Position numbers and translations under genes: made by a program. A stretch of 64,000 nt of DNA from an uncultured Gammaproteobacteria bacterium. Its GTDB lineage: Bacteria; Patescibacteriota; Microgenomatia; Levybacterales; GWA1-39-11. The notes under the pieces are model-generated. The model made no database searches. It was given only the letters and a program-made list of their open reading frames with translations, and was not told the DNA's origin. The stretch covers positions 82,673 through 146,672 of the forward strand of contig CAZDED010000002.1 of assembly GCA_964504535.1 (NCBI GenBank). The letters are read 5' to 3'. Shown one piece after another: positions 19,455-29,422 of this stretch (position 1 is the stretch's first letter; every line of letters starts with the position of its first letter).

Positions 19455-21099
19455 AATAAGAATTCCTGGTTTTATCCTTGTTATCTTACTTGCAGTTATC
19501 CCTCTTGTTGGTCTTTTGCCTCAAGGACTTGCCGAAACTCATGATGGAATTGATCATGTCGCAAGGGTCGCAAATTTTTATAAAGGACTTTCAGAGGGAG
19601 TCATATTTCCCCGGTGGGGCGAAAATCTCAACTGGGGTTATGGCCATCCAATCCTGATGTTTTTATATCCATTATCCTCATATGTCTCTTCATTTTTTCA
19701 CTTTCTTGGAGCCTCGTATGTTGATTCTATAAAGTTAGTTTTTGGTTTTGGATATATTGCAAGTGGAGTGACGATGTATATATGGGCTAGAAAACAGTTC
19801 AACGAACATTTTGCGATTGCTTCCTCCCTCCTTTATATGTATGCGCCCTATCGTTTTGTCGACCTATATGTACGGGGTGCGATTGGTGAGCATATGGCTT
19901 TTATATTTCCGCCCTTAATACTTTATTTTATTTTTAACAACTTTGAACGTCGAGTTGGGTTAAAAACAACATCTTTTATTGGTGTCAGTATTTCGTTTGC
20001 TTTACTGTTACTTGCCCACAATGCAATAAGTCTCATGTTCATGCCAATTATCGCATGTTATTCATTGGTACTTGCATATTCAAGAAAGGAATATAAATCT
20101 CTGCTGTATATTTTTCTTGCCGTAGTAAATGGTTTTTTGATGTCGGCTTTTTTTACCATTCCAGCATTTCTAGAGGGAAAGTTCACTTTAAGAGATATTG
20201 TTACGGGTGATGAGTATAAAAATCGATTTGTTACCAATCCTTTAACCTTTCTCTATGGAGCTTGGAGTTATGGTATAACAGGACAATTTTCGGTACAAAT
20301 CGGTGTAGCGCATATATGTGGAATTTTGCTTGCACCACTGGTTTTTTTGAAAACAAAAAAGAAGGAAGCTAAATTGATACTTATTATGATCATTTTATTT
20401 TTTGTGTGCTCGTTGTTTTTGATGATTCCTCAATCAGATTTTCTTTATCAGCTCGTAACAACTCTTCAAAAATTTCAGTTTCCGTGGAGATTTTTAACTT
20501 TGACTGTATTCACCAGCTCTGTACTTGGTGCCAGTATCTTTATTGTCATTAAAAATAAAAATGTAAAAAATATTTCTATTGGTTTACTTATTTTTTTATT
20601 ACTGCTATCAACAGTTAGCTATTGGTGGGCTAAATCATACAGGAAGATACCTGATAATTTTTTTGAAACCGTATATAACGGAACTACTGATACGGGTGAA
20701 AGTTCTCCAGTTTGGTCTGTTAGATTCATGGAGAAAAAACCCAGGGCGCATGCAGAAGTTATAAGTGGTAAAGCAATCATTGTTGAAAAGAACCGCAAGA
20801 GTACTACACACATTTACCAAATAACTGCTTTGACTGAATCATCAAGGATAAGAGAGAATACTCTTTATTTTCCTAGTTGGAAAGTTTATATTGATGGTAA
20901 AGAGTCAACTATTCAGTTTCAGGATCCATCGGAACGTGGACTTATCACGTACAATTTGGAAAAAGGATCTCATACTGTTATGGTTGAATTTAGAGACACC
21001 AAGCTGCGTGTTATTTCCAGCATGCTCTCAATTGCATCAGTTTTTCTAACTGCACTTTTAGGATTGTTAATTATTTTTAAATACAAACATGAAAAATAA
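19447..21099 (+). CDS. GT-C, 'PTPS-related'/YfhO-like membrane protein
   Basis: THDGIDHVAR, GYGHPILMFLYP, APYR, RGAIGE, AHN, QFPWRF, YFPSW; ATG 19447 preferred over TTG 19432. Confidence 0.78.
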   Translation: MNRIRIPGFILVILLAVIPLVGLLPQGLAETHDGIDHVARVANFYKGLSEGVIFPRWGENLNWGYGHPILMFLYPLSSYVSSFFHFLGASYVDSIKLVFGFGYIASGVTMYIWARKQFNEHFAIASSLLYMYAPYRFVDLYVRGAIGEHMAFIFPPLILYFIFNNFERRVGLKTTSFIGVSISFALLLLAHNAISLMFMPIIACYSLVLAYSRKEYKSLLYIFLAVVNGFLMSAFFTIPAFLEGKFTLRDIVTGDEYKNRFVTNPLTFLYGAWSYGITGQFSVQIGVAHICGILLAPLVFLKTKKKEAKLILIMIILFFVCSLFLMIPQSDFLYQLVTTLQKFQFPWRFLTLTVFTSSVLGASIFIVIKNKNVKNISIGLLIFLLLLSTVSYWWAKSYRKIPDNFFETVYNGTTDTGESSPVWSVRFMEKKPRAHAEVISGKAIIVEKNRKSTTHIYQITALTESSRIRENTLYFPSWKVYIDGKESTIQFQDPSERGLITYNLEKGSHTVMVEFRDTKLRVISSMLSIASVFLTALLGLLIIFKYKHEK

Positions 21100-23395
21100 A
21101 CTCCTTCCATACATTGCTATTTTTGTTATATGGATACTTTTTTCGTCGCCATATTTTTTTTCCGGAAAAAGTCCTTTTCCATCTGATTATCAAAATAATT
21201 TTTTTGCGCCGTGGAATGTGTATCCTGGGCATTCAGGTCCCGTTAAAAATAACGCACAACCAGACATAATAACTCAAATTTACCCATGGCGATATTTTGA
21301 CATACAGGAATACAAAAAAGGCATTATCCCTTTCTGGAATCCATTTAGTTTTGCAGGTACTCCCCACTTGGCCAATTATCAGTCCGCGTCTCTTTCTCCA
21401 ATTAATATCTTATTTTTTCTTCCATTAGATTTTATTGATGTCTGGGGTTTGTTGGTTTTATTACAACCGCTACTTGCTGGCCTATGTATGTTTCAACTTT
21501 GCCGGAAGATGAAAGTTTCAAAAGTAGGTAGTATCCTTTCAAGTTTTTCCTTCATGTTTTGTGGGTTTTTGGTTACATGGATGGGGTATGCAACGCTGGG
21601 CTATGCTATTCTCTTTTTACCTTTGGCATATTACTCCATCCTACAGTACACAAGTAGTAGATCTTTGAGATGGCTTATAATTCTTGCTTTTACATTTCCG
21701 CTATCATTTTTTTCAGGTCATTTTCAAATGAGTATATATTTTAGTTTGGGAGTATTCTCTTTTATTTTCTATCATTTACTGTTCACAAAAGAACGGAAGT
21801 TATTTGCAACAGCACTGTTATATTCATTTTTTGGATTGTTTCTTACAATGCCGCAAGTACTTCCATCAATAGAATTTTACTCGTTATCGCCAAGAAGCAA
21901 TCTGTTTCAGAAGATCGAAGCAATACCGTGGAATTATCTCCCAACATTAATATCTCCAGATTTCTATGGTAATCCAGTAACGAGAAATGATTGGTTTGGA
22001 CATTACGCTGAGTGGAGTGGATTTCCTGGAATTGTTGCAGTTGTTTTTTCGATTGCTGCGGTAATTCTTAAAAGGAACCGAACCACTTTGTTTTTTATTA
22101 TCCTTGCTGTTGGATCATTAATGTTAGCCTATGACACACCCCTTCTAACGTTTCTAGTTAATCTAAAACTGCCTGTGTTATCAACGAGCGCAGCAAGCAG
22201 AATAATTGTTTTGTTCAGCTTCTCGATAGCAGTCCTTTCAGGGTTCGGTTTTGACCAAGTGATATCAGTCTATAACAAAGACAAAAGAAAAATACTTCTA
22301 TGGTTAATCGTAAGTCTCGTGCCGGTTGTTGTTGTCTCAATTATTCCATTTCTTAATCTATTGGAAGTTGATAAGAGTCAAATAGCTCAAAAAAACGTAA
22401 TTCTGCCGGTGGCCTTCTTTGGCGTCATTGGAATTGCAACTCTTCTCTTATTAAACATCAAGCATAAATATTCAAAGCTATTTTTTATTTGTTGCGTCCT
22501 TGCCGTAAGTTCATTTGAGATGTACCGGTTTGCTGCAAAATGGCAATCATTTACTCCAAAAAAAGAAGCATATTTACCGGTGCCAATCTCAAAATTTTAT
22601 GGTCAACAAAATAATTATGATAGATTGATTGGATTGTCCGGAGGAGAAGATGCCGTGTATTACAGAATGCCAATTCTTTCCGGATACGATCCTTTATACA
22701 GTGAATCGTATGGAAAATTCGTCCAGTATGTCGGAAGTGGATCCTATAAAAATCCTGAACGGTCGGTTGTGACTTTCCCCCTCAACGGTCGTTATACTCC
22801 TCAAGCGCTCGACCTTCTTGGTGTGAAATATATAGTTCGTAAGGATTCTGATGGGGAAATGGTGTGGGCCTTTCCTTTTAAAAAGTATCCCCCAGAGCAA
22901 TTCACGAAAATATATGATGACAATGGATATGATGTTTTTCTCAATAATAAATCAAGCAAACGTGCTTTCATAGTTTCAGATGTAATTGAGGTTAGTGAAA
23001 AAAATAGAGACAGGTCAATGTTATTTAATTATGATCTATCCAAAACAGCTATTGTTTATGAGAATATAAAACCCTTAGCCAAAACTCAGGGATCGGTAAA
23101 AATAATAAAATATTTATCAAACAGCATAGAAATGGAAGCGCAAACAAATGGGGAATCTTTCTTGGTTCTGACAGACAATTATTACCCAGGATGGAAAGCA
23201 TTTGTTAACGACAAAGAAGTAAAAATATACAAAGCCGATTATACATTCCGGGGAATAGTCATACCGGCAGGGAAAAGCAGTATCGAGTTTTCATTCGTTC
23301 CGCAAACATTCTTAATCGGTACGTACCTGTTCTTAACAGGTATAATGGGTATGGTAGTGGTTTATATAATCAGAAAATTCAAATATATTTCATGA
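21089..23395 (+). CDS. YfhO-family GT-C membrane protein
   Basis: DIITQIYPW, PFWNPFSFAGTPHLANYQS, GHFQ, GYDPLY, DNYYPGW...FRGI. Confidence 0.83.
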   Translation: MKNKLLPYIAIFVIWILFSSPYFFSGKSPFPSDYQNNFFAPWNVYPGHSGPVKNNAQPDIITQIYPWRYFDIQEYKKGIIPFWNPFSFAGTPHLANYQSASLSPINILFFLPLDFIDVWGLLVLLQPLLAGLCMFQLCRKMKVSKVGSILSSFSFMFCGFLVTWMGYATLGYAILFLPLAYYSILQYTSSRSLRWLIILAFTFPLSFFSGHFQMSIYFSLGVFSFIFYHLLFTKERKLFATALLYSFFGLFLTMPQVLPSIEFYSLSPRSNLFQKIEAIPWNYLPTLISPDFYGNPVTRNDWFGHYAEWSGFPGIVAVVFSIAAVILKRNRTTLFFIILAVGSLMLAYDTPLLTFLVNLKLPVLSTSAASRIIVLFSFSIAVLSGFGFDQVISVYNKDKRKILLWLIVSLVPVVVVSIIPFLNLLEVDKSQIAQKNVILPVAFFGVIGIATLLLLNIKHKYSKLFFICCVLAVSSFEMYRFAAKWQSFTPKKEAYLPVPISKFYGQQNNYDRLIGLSGGEDAVYYRMPILSGYDPLYSESYGKFVQYVGSGSYKNPERSVVTFPLNGRYTPQALDLLGVKYIVRKDSDGEMVWAFPFKKYPPEQFTKIYDDNGYDVFLNNKSSKRAFIVSDVIEVSEKNRDRSMLFNYDLSKTAIVYENIKPLAKTQGSVKIIKYLSNSIEMEAQTNGESFLVLTDNYYPGWKAFVNDKEVKIYKADYTFRGIVIPAGKSSIEFSFVPQTFLIGTYLFLTGIMGMVVVYIIRKFKYIS

Positions 23396-24153
23396 AAAAT
23401 CTAACAGTTATTATTTTGTCTAAGGATGATGAAGATGTGATTGCAGATGCAATTTCCTCGCTCTCCGGATTTGCAGATGAAGTTGTCGTTATTGATGCAA
23501 ACAAAAACTCAGGCACGCAAAAAATAGCTGAGAAATTTGGTGCGAAGGTGGTAAAGAATCAATTTAAAGATTTTGCTGACCAGAGGAATTTTGGTATTTA
23601 TCAAGCAACAACACCGTGGGTGTATTTTATGGATTCAGACGAAAGAGTTACACCTAACTTTAAAGAAGAGGTTTTGGATATTATCAAGCATTATCATGAG
23701 ACTGACCCTGTTTCTGGGTATTTTGTGAAGAGAAAGACTTTTTATTATGGACGCGACTGGAATTTCCAAGATAGTGTTCAGCGGTTGTTTGTTAGAAGTA
23801 AATTTGTTGAATGGAAAGGGGTAGTTCACGAAACCCCTATTATCAGAGGTGAATTTGGCACTATCAATTCACCCATTATCCATTTAACTCACCGGAATCT
23901 TTCCCAGATGGTAAGAAAAACGAATGAATGGTCAGAATATGAAGCAAAATTAAGACTTGAATCAAAGCATCCACCGCTTGCCCCCTGGAGATTTATCAGG
24001 GTTATGAGTACAGAATTTTTTGCATCGTATTTTAAAAATAAAGGTTACAAGAATGGTACTGTTGGACTTATAGAAGCAATGTATCAGTCATTTTCTATCT
24101 TCATAACTTACGCAAAACTATGGGAAATGCAGCAGAGCAGGCGAAGTAAGTAA
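23392..24153 (+). CDS. GT2, WaaE/KdtX-like
   Basis: DFADQRNFG, MDSDE, VHE, GYKNGTVGL, YAKLWE. Confidence 0.85.
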   Translation: MKNLTVIILSKDDEDVIADAISSLSGFADEVVVIDANKNSGTQKIAEKFGAKVVKNQFKDFADQRNFGIYQATTPWVYFMDSDERVTPNFKEEVLDIIKHYHETDPVSGYFVKRKTFYYGRDWNFQDSVQRLFVRSKFVEWKGVVHETPIIRGEFGTINSPIIHLTHRNLSQMVRKTNEWSEYEAKLRLESKHPPLAPWRFIRVMSTEFFASYFKNKGYKNGTVGLIEAMYQSFSIFITYAKLWEMQQSRRSK

Positions 24154-24154
24154 A

Positions 24155-24403
24155 TTATTTCCTGCGAAACCAAGACTTCAATTCTGATATTGTCAATCTT
24201 TTTTTAGCGAACCAGAAAAGGTAAACTATTTCCAATATGCCCATATCATTGAGTGGTATTAAGATGAAGAGGGCTATAAACCAATTTCTTTGTTTGAGTT
24301 GAGACGAACGCCATAGGGCTATTCCTTTCCAGATAAGCTGCCAAACCGAAAGGACAATAATTACTGCGATAATAAGTGGATCTGGGGTGGCAATCTTTTT
24401 CAT
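24155..24403 (-). CDS. small membrane protein, DUF5652-like
   Basis: WKGIALWRS...WF...NDMGILEIVY pattern, common in CPR. Confidence 0.75.
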   Translation of the reverse strand: MKKIATPDPLIIAVIIVLSVWQLIWKGIALWRSSQLKQRNWFIALFILIPLNDMGILEIVYLFWFAKKRLTISELKSWFRRK

Positions 24404-24420
24404 AGTCTATTTGTAGCACA

Positions 24421-24450
24421 GTGACATTTTTTATGCAATATTGGTAGAAT
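24421..24450 (+). promoter_or_regulatory. promoter (leaderless) for the GT4 unit
   Basis: GTGACA, 18 nt spacer (ending TGg), TAGAAT, 6 nt, then ATG at 24457. Confidence 0.6.
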
Positions 24451-24456
24451 AAAGTA

Positions 24457-25524
24457 ATGAATATTGGAATTTATTCACCTTACCTAGATACCTTAACCGG
24501 TGGAGAGAAATATATCTTTACCTCTGCATCGTGCTTATCAAAAGAGCACAAGGTTACCGTCTTTTGGGATGACGAAACAATAATCGAAAAAGCGGCGGCC
24601 AAGTTCAATTTAGATTTAAGCAATGTAACTGTTTCGCCTAATTTATTTTCGAAAAATATTGGGCCTTTTAAGAGATTTTTCAATACATTAAAGTATGATC
24701 GTATATTTTTCTTGTCAGATGGTAGTATCCCTCTCGTTGGAGCGAAAAAACTACTTATTCACTTCCAGTTTCCGGTAGAGTGGGTGAATACTAACAGTTT
24801 TTGGTTCTTATTTAAGAAATCGAGAATTTCAAAAATTATTTGCAACTCAAGATTTACAAAGAAGTATATAGATAAAAAATTCAATGTTGATAGTTTTGTG
24901 TTGTATCCTCCTGCAACAAACAATGAAGATAAAATTCCGGAGAAGGAGAATCTAATTTTGACAGTTGGAAGATTTAGTATTTTGCCGAACGGGACCGATT
25001 TTAAGAAGTTAGAATTCCTTGCAAAAGCATTTAAGAAGTTCCAGAAAAAAAGACTCAAGGGGTGGAGCATGGCTATCGTCACTAGTGTATCTCCGGAGCT
25101 GAAGGATAAATTTTCTGAACTAGAGAAAAAAATAAAGAGTACTCATGTGAAGGTGTATCAAAATGCTTCCTTTGATGAGATTGTGTCACTATATTCCAAA
25201 GCAAAAATTTATTGGCACGCTTCCGGATATAAAGAGGATTTGGATAAATATCCTGAGCGGGCAGAGCATTTTGGAATTTCAACAGTTGAGGCAATGTCTT
25301 ATGGGCAAGTACCGATAGTGATAAACGCCGGTGGTCAACCGGAGATTGTTATAGACTGCGATAACGGATTTTTGTGGAATACAGAAGAGGAGCTGATCTC
25401 ATCAACGCATAAAGTAGCTATCGACAAAGACCTTATGAAAAAAATTTCTGAGAGGGCACACCAAACTTCAAATAATTTCTCAAAAAGCAGATTTTGTGAA
25501 GAATTAAATCACCTGATATGGTAA
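24457..25524 (+). CDS. GT4 glycosyltransferase (GT-B)
   Basis: GGEKY, NSRFT, VGRF, EHFGISTVEAM. Confidence 0.9.
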   Translation: MNIGIYSPYLDTLTGGEKYIFTSASCLSKEHKVTVFWDDETIIEKAAAKFNLDLSNVTVSPNLFSKNIGPFKRFFNTLKYDRIFFLSDGSIPLVGAKKLLIHFQFPVEWVNTNSFWFLFKKSRISKIICNSRFTKKYIDKKFNVDSFVLYPPATNNEDKIPEKENLILTVGRFSILPNGTDFKKLEFLAKAFKKFQKKRLKGWSMAIVTSVSPELKDKFSELEKKIKSTHVKVYQNASFDEIVSLYSKAKIYWHASGYKEDLDKYPERAEHFGISTVEAMSYGQVPIVINAGGQPEIVIDCDNGFLWNTEEELISSTHKVAIDKDLMKKISERAHQTSNNFSKSRFCEELNHLIW

Positions 25525-27758
25525 AAAAGATCAAAAAACACTTTGCATTGCTGGTCTTGATATTTGCCATATTATTTTTTTACATACCATTTCTTTTAAA
25601 TTCGAGGTTTCCAATACCATCAGACGCATTGGTGGGTCTATATCATCCCTATCGGGATTTTTATTCTCATAACTATCCGAATGGTATTCCTTTTAAAAAC
25701 TTTCTAATAACAGATCCTGTTAGGCAAACTTACATTTGGAAAGAACTTGCGGTCGATATATTTAAGGCAGGCAGCGTACCCTTATGGAATCCATACGAGA
25801 TGACTGGAAAACCATTGATGGCTAATTTTCAGTCAGGTGCACTATATCCTCTAAATCTTGTCTTTTTATTCCTTCCATTTTCTCTTTCATGGTCCATCTT
25901 GATCCTTCTTCAAACACTCCTGTTTGGGAGTTTTATGTTTCTTTACCTTAGAAATCTGAGAATAAATAAGTACGCATCATTGCTCGGAAGTCTATCAGTT
26001 GCGTTTTCTGGATTTAGCGTTGCCTGGCTTGAATGGGGAAATATTGTTTCTACTGCCTTATGGCTCCCCCTGATATTGATGGGTACTGATAAGATTATTC
26101 AAAAAAAAGCAGCCAGTCAGCCATTGTTATGGTATCTGATAATTTTCTGTGCCTTAATTTGTTCATTTTTTGCCGGCCATCTGCAATCGTTTTTCTATTT
26201 ATACATGTTTTCATTCTCTTACTTTTGCTTAAGATGGTTTGAAAATAAGAATCGCAGAACTCTTTTCGCCTTTTTTATTCTTAATGTAATATTTATTGCC
26301 ATTTCATTTATTCAGTGGTTTCCTACTTTACGGTTTATACAACTTTCAAATCGTGTAGCTGACCAAAATTTCACAACCATCGAGGGATGGTTCATTCCAT
26401 GGAGGCACCTCATTCAATTTATCGTTCCTGATTTCTTTGGCAATCCTTCAACATTAAATTACTGGGGGACATGGAATTACGGAGAACTTGTTGGTTATTT
26501 AGGAGTTTTGCCATTCGTGTTTGCTCTTTTTTCATTCAGCAACCGTACGAGAACAACTGTGTTTTATGTGATAGTAGCCATAGCATGTTTTGTGATGGCT
26601 TTACCAACGGGTGTATCTTCGATTCCATTTATTATGAATGTTCCATTTATTTCAACAGCTCAGCCAACGAGATTGCTATTTCCAATAATTTTTTCATTGT
26701 CAGCACTTTCAGCAATCGGAATGGATAGATTTTTACTTTTTGAAAAGTTCAGACTCAAACAATTTTCCCCTTTTATTATTGTAGGCGGTATTTATGGGCT
26801 CTTGCTATTTTTTATATTCACAAACAGCGGACTTATTTTTAAGAACCAAATTGAATTATCTATTGCCAAAAGAAACATAATTTTTCCGCTTTTTGTGTTT
26901 TTAGCTTCTTCAATTCTCTTATTCATGTTTGTGAAGATAAGAAACGCAAAAGTACGTACAATTGTGCTTTCAATAGTGTTACTCGTTTCATTTGTTGATT
27001 TATTGCGGTTTGCTCAAAAGTTCACTCCATTTACTTCACAAAAATATCTTTATCCGACAACAAAAACTCTTTCATTTTTAAAATCGAAGAATGATTTATT
27101 CAGAGTAGCTGTTATGGATAAAAGAGTTATGCCACCAAATTTTCTAACACATTACAAATTACAAACCATAGAAGGATACGATCCGTTATATCTCAAAAAC
27201 TATGCTGAGTACGTAGTCGCACTGGAGCGGAATCAGCCTGACATTCGTGGCCCATTTGGATTCAATAGAATAATAACTCCACACAATTACAATTCTCCCT
27301 TATTTGATTTTCTAAATGTTAAATACATAATTTCTCTCGAGGAGTTGAAATCCGAAAAATTAGTTAAGGTTGTTGAAGAAGGACAGACGAAAATATACGA
27401 AAACAAAAAAGCGCTACCTCGCATATTTTTTGTAGAAAATGTAGTGCCAGACACTAAAGATATGACATCACTATTTTCTAACGACCTGAGTAAGACAGCA
27501 GTTGTTAATGGTTTTACTCGAAGCGAAAAGCTTAGGATTGGGAAGGTTTCTGATATAGCGTATGAACCAAATTTTGTTGGTATGAAAACTCAAAATGATG
27601 GAGATGGTTATCTGGTTTTTTCGGATGCGTACTATCCAACATGGAGCGCATATATTGACGGTGTAAAAACACCTATCTACGTTACGAATCACGCATTTCG
27701 AGGAATCTTTGTGCCAAAAGGATCACATACTGTACAATTTAAAGATAACTTATTCTAA
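25518..27758 (+). CDS. YfhO-family GT-C membrane protein
   Basis: DPVRQTYIW, PLWNPYEMTGKPLMANFQS, AGHLQ, GYDPLY, SDAYYPTW...FRGI. Confidence 0.83.
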   Translation: MVKKIKKHFALLVLIFAILFFYIPFLLNSRFPIPSDALVGLYHPYRDFYSHNYPNGIPFKNFLITDPVRQTYIWKELAVDIFKAGSVPLWNPYEMTGKPLMANFQSGALYPLNLVFLFLPFSLSWSILILLQTLLFGSFMFLYLRNLRINKYASLLGSLSVAFSGFSVAWLEWGNIVSTALWLPLILMGTDKIIQKKAASQPLLWYLIIFCALICSFFAGHLQSFFYLYMFSFSYFCLRWFENKNRRTLFAFFILNVIFIAISFIQWFPTLRFIQLSNRVADQNFTTIEGWFIPWRHLIQFIVPDFFGNPSTLNYWGTWNYGELVGYLGVLPFVFALFSFSNRTRTTVFYVIVAIACFVMALPTGVSSIPFIMNVPFISTAQPTRLLFPIIFSLSALSAIGMDRFLLFEKFRLKQFSPFIIVGGIYGLLLFFIFTNSGLIFKNQIELSIAKRNIIFPLFVFLASSILLFMFVKIRNAKVRTIVLSIVLLVSFVDLLRFAQKFTPFTSQKYLYPTTKTLSFLKSKNDLFRVAVMDKRVMPPNFLTHYKLQTIEGYDPLYLKNYAEYVVALERNQPDIRGPFGFNRIITPHNYNSPLFDFLNVKYIISLEELKSEKLVKVVEEGQTKIYENKKALPRIFFVENVVPDTKDMTSLFSNDLSKTAVVNGFTRSEKLRIGKVSDIAYEPNFVGMKTQNDGDGYLVFSDAYYPTWSAYIDGVKTPIYVTNHAFRGIFVPKGSHTVQFKDNLF

Positions 27759-28694
27759 ATGAAGGTCGATATTGTAATCCCAAACTTTAATGGTGCTCAT
27801 TTAATTGAGCAAAACCTTCGTAGTGTAGTAAATGCCCTACAACCTTACGAAGGAAAAGTAATTATTGTTGATGATGGGTCAACGGCAGAAGAACAAGAAA
27901 AATTAAGAAAATTTGTTGGGAATTTTGGGGATAAGCACAGAGTAGAGCTGATAGTAAAAGAAAAAAATTCAGGTTTTTCCTCAACCGTAAATACCGGGGT
28001 TAAAAAATCCGAAGCAGAATTTGTCGTACTACTTAATAGCGATGTGGTGCCGAGAGCAGGATTTCTAAAAAGCCCCCTAGAATCACTTTTAAAGGATGAT
28101 AATCTTTTTGGAGTTGGTTGTATGGATGAGAGCGTTGAGGGTGATAGAAGGGTGAATAGGGGTAGAGGTTTGGCGCATTGGGGTAAGGGTTTTTTGCACC
28201 ACAGCAGGGGAGAAGTAAATAAAAGTAATACATTTTGGATATCTGGAGGAAGTAGTGTTGTCAGAAGGCAACTATTTATGAAGCTTGATGGGTTTGATGA
28301 AATATACGCACCATTTTATTGGGAAGACATAGATCTTTCATATAGAGCTCAAAAAGCCGGCTACAAAATCCTATTTGATAATACATCAGTTGTTGAGCAC
28401 TATCATCAGGAGGGAGCGATAAAAAAACATTATAACAGTGAAAGGATTACAACCATTTCTTACAGAAATCAAATCATTTTTATATGGAAAAACATAACGT
28501 CATATAAATTATTGCTAAACCATATATTTTATCTTCCAATAAATTTTTTTAGTGCAGTTTTTAGGTTTGATTGGCCATTTATTTCGGGATTATTTCTTGC
28601 GGTGTCACTCTTTCCTGCTATAATTAATAGACGTTTTACGCAAAAAAAATTGTTCAAGATCTCAGATGAGCAGGTAATTCGAAACAACTCATGA
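27759..28694 (+). CDS. GT2, WbbL-like
   Basis: VIPNFNG, GFSSTVNTG, LLNSD, PFYWEDIDL. Confidence 0.87.
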   Translation: MKVDIVIPNFNGAHLIEQNLRSVVNALQPYEGKVIIVDDGSTAEEQEKLRKFVGNFGDKHRVELIVKEKNSGFSSTVNTGVKKSEAEFVVLLNSDVVPRAGFLKSPLESLLKDDNLFGVGCMDESVEGDRRVNRGRGLAHWGKGFLHHSRGEVNKSNTFWISGGSSVVRRQLFMKLDGFDEIYAPFYWEDIDLSYRAQKAGYKILFDNTSVVEHYHQEGAIKKHYNSERITTISYRNQIIFIWKNITSYKLLLNHIFYLPINFFSAVFRFDWPFISGLFLAVSLFPAIINRRFTQKKLFKISDEQVIRNNS

Positions 28695-29422
28695 ATTCAT
28701 CAAAAAAGACTTTATCTATTGTTATTCCTGTATATAACGAAGAAAAAACAATTGGCACAGTGTTGTCAAATCTTGCCGTACTTAACATACCCAATGTGAT
28801 AAAAGAAATAATCGTAGTGGATGATGGATCAGGTGATAGATCAAAAAAAATTGTTGAGGGTTTGAAAAGCAAAGTTAAGGGTCTTCGATTTATTTCACAC
28901 GAGAAAAATAGAGGAAAGGGAGCTGCCGTCCAGACGGGACTTGAGGCAGCAACCGGTGATGTCCTTATGGTTCAGGATGCCGATTTAGAGTATGACACAA
29001 ACGATATTCCAAGATTACTAAAACCAATTCTTGATAACAAGGCAAATGTTGTATATGGTACCAGGCTGAGAAGAATGCCTAACGTAAAAAAAGAAGAAAA
29101 AACGTGGAGGTTTTTATTGCATTACATCGGAAACAGATGGCTCAGTCTTGTTACGAGTATATTATATTTTAATTGGGTGACAGATATGGAAACGTGTTAC
29201 AAACTTTTTTCAAAAGAATCTTTTAAGGGAATAACACTAAAATCAAAAACGTTTGATTTCGAACCCGAAATTACCGCTAAATTTTTAAAAAAAGGACTAA
29301 AAATACTTGAGATAGATATCAATACACGACCAAGAGGATACGATGAAGGTAAAAAGTTACACACCTTTAGAGATGGGTTTAAGGCACTATGGACCCTTGT
29401 GAAGTTTAGATTTATATCATGA
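28691..29422 (+). CDS. GT2, polyprenol-phosphate glycosyltransferase-like
   Basis: VIPVYNEE, NRGKGAA, QDADLEYD, DMETCYKLF, FEPEITAK, EGKK. Confidence 0.88.
   Translation: MNSSKKTLSIVIPVYNEEKTIGTVLSNLAVLNIPNVIKEIIVVDDGSGDRSKKIVEGLKSKVKGLRFISHEKNRGKGAAVQTGLEAATGDVLMVQDADLEYDTNDIPRLLKPILDNKANVVYGTRLRRMPNVKKEEKTWRFLLHYIGNRWLSLVTSILYFNWVTDMETCYKLFSKESFKGITLKSKTFDFEPEITAKFLKKGLKILEIDINTRPRGYDEGKKLHTFRDGFKALWTLVKFRFIS

Noticed and set aside
6711-21099. Pterin biosynthesis implied by the 'PTPS-related' family name
   Set aside because: These are polytopic YfhO-like membrane proteins with no T-fold PTPS features; the name is historical
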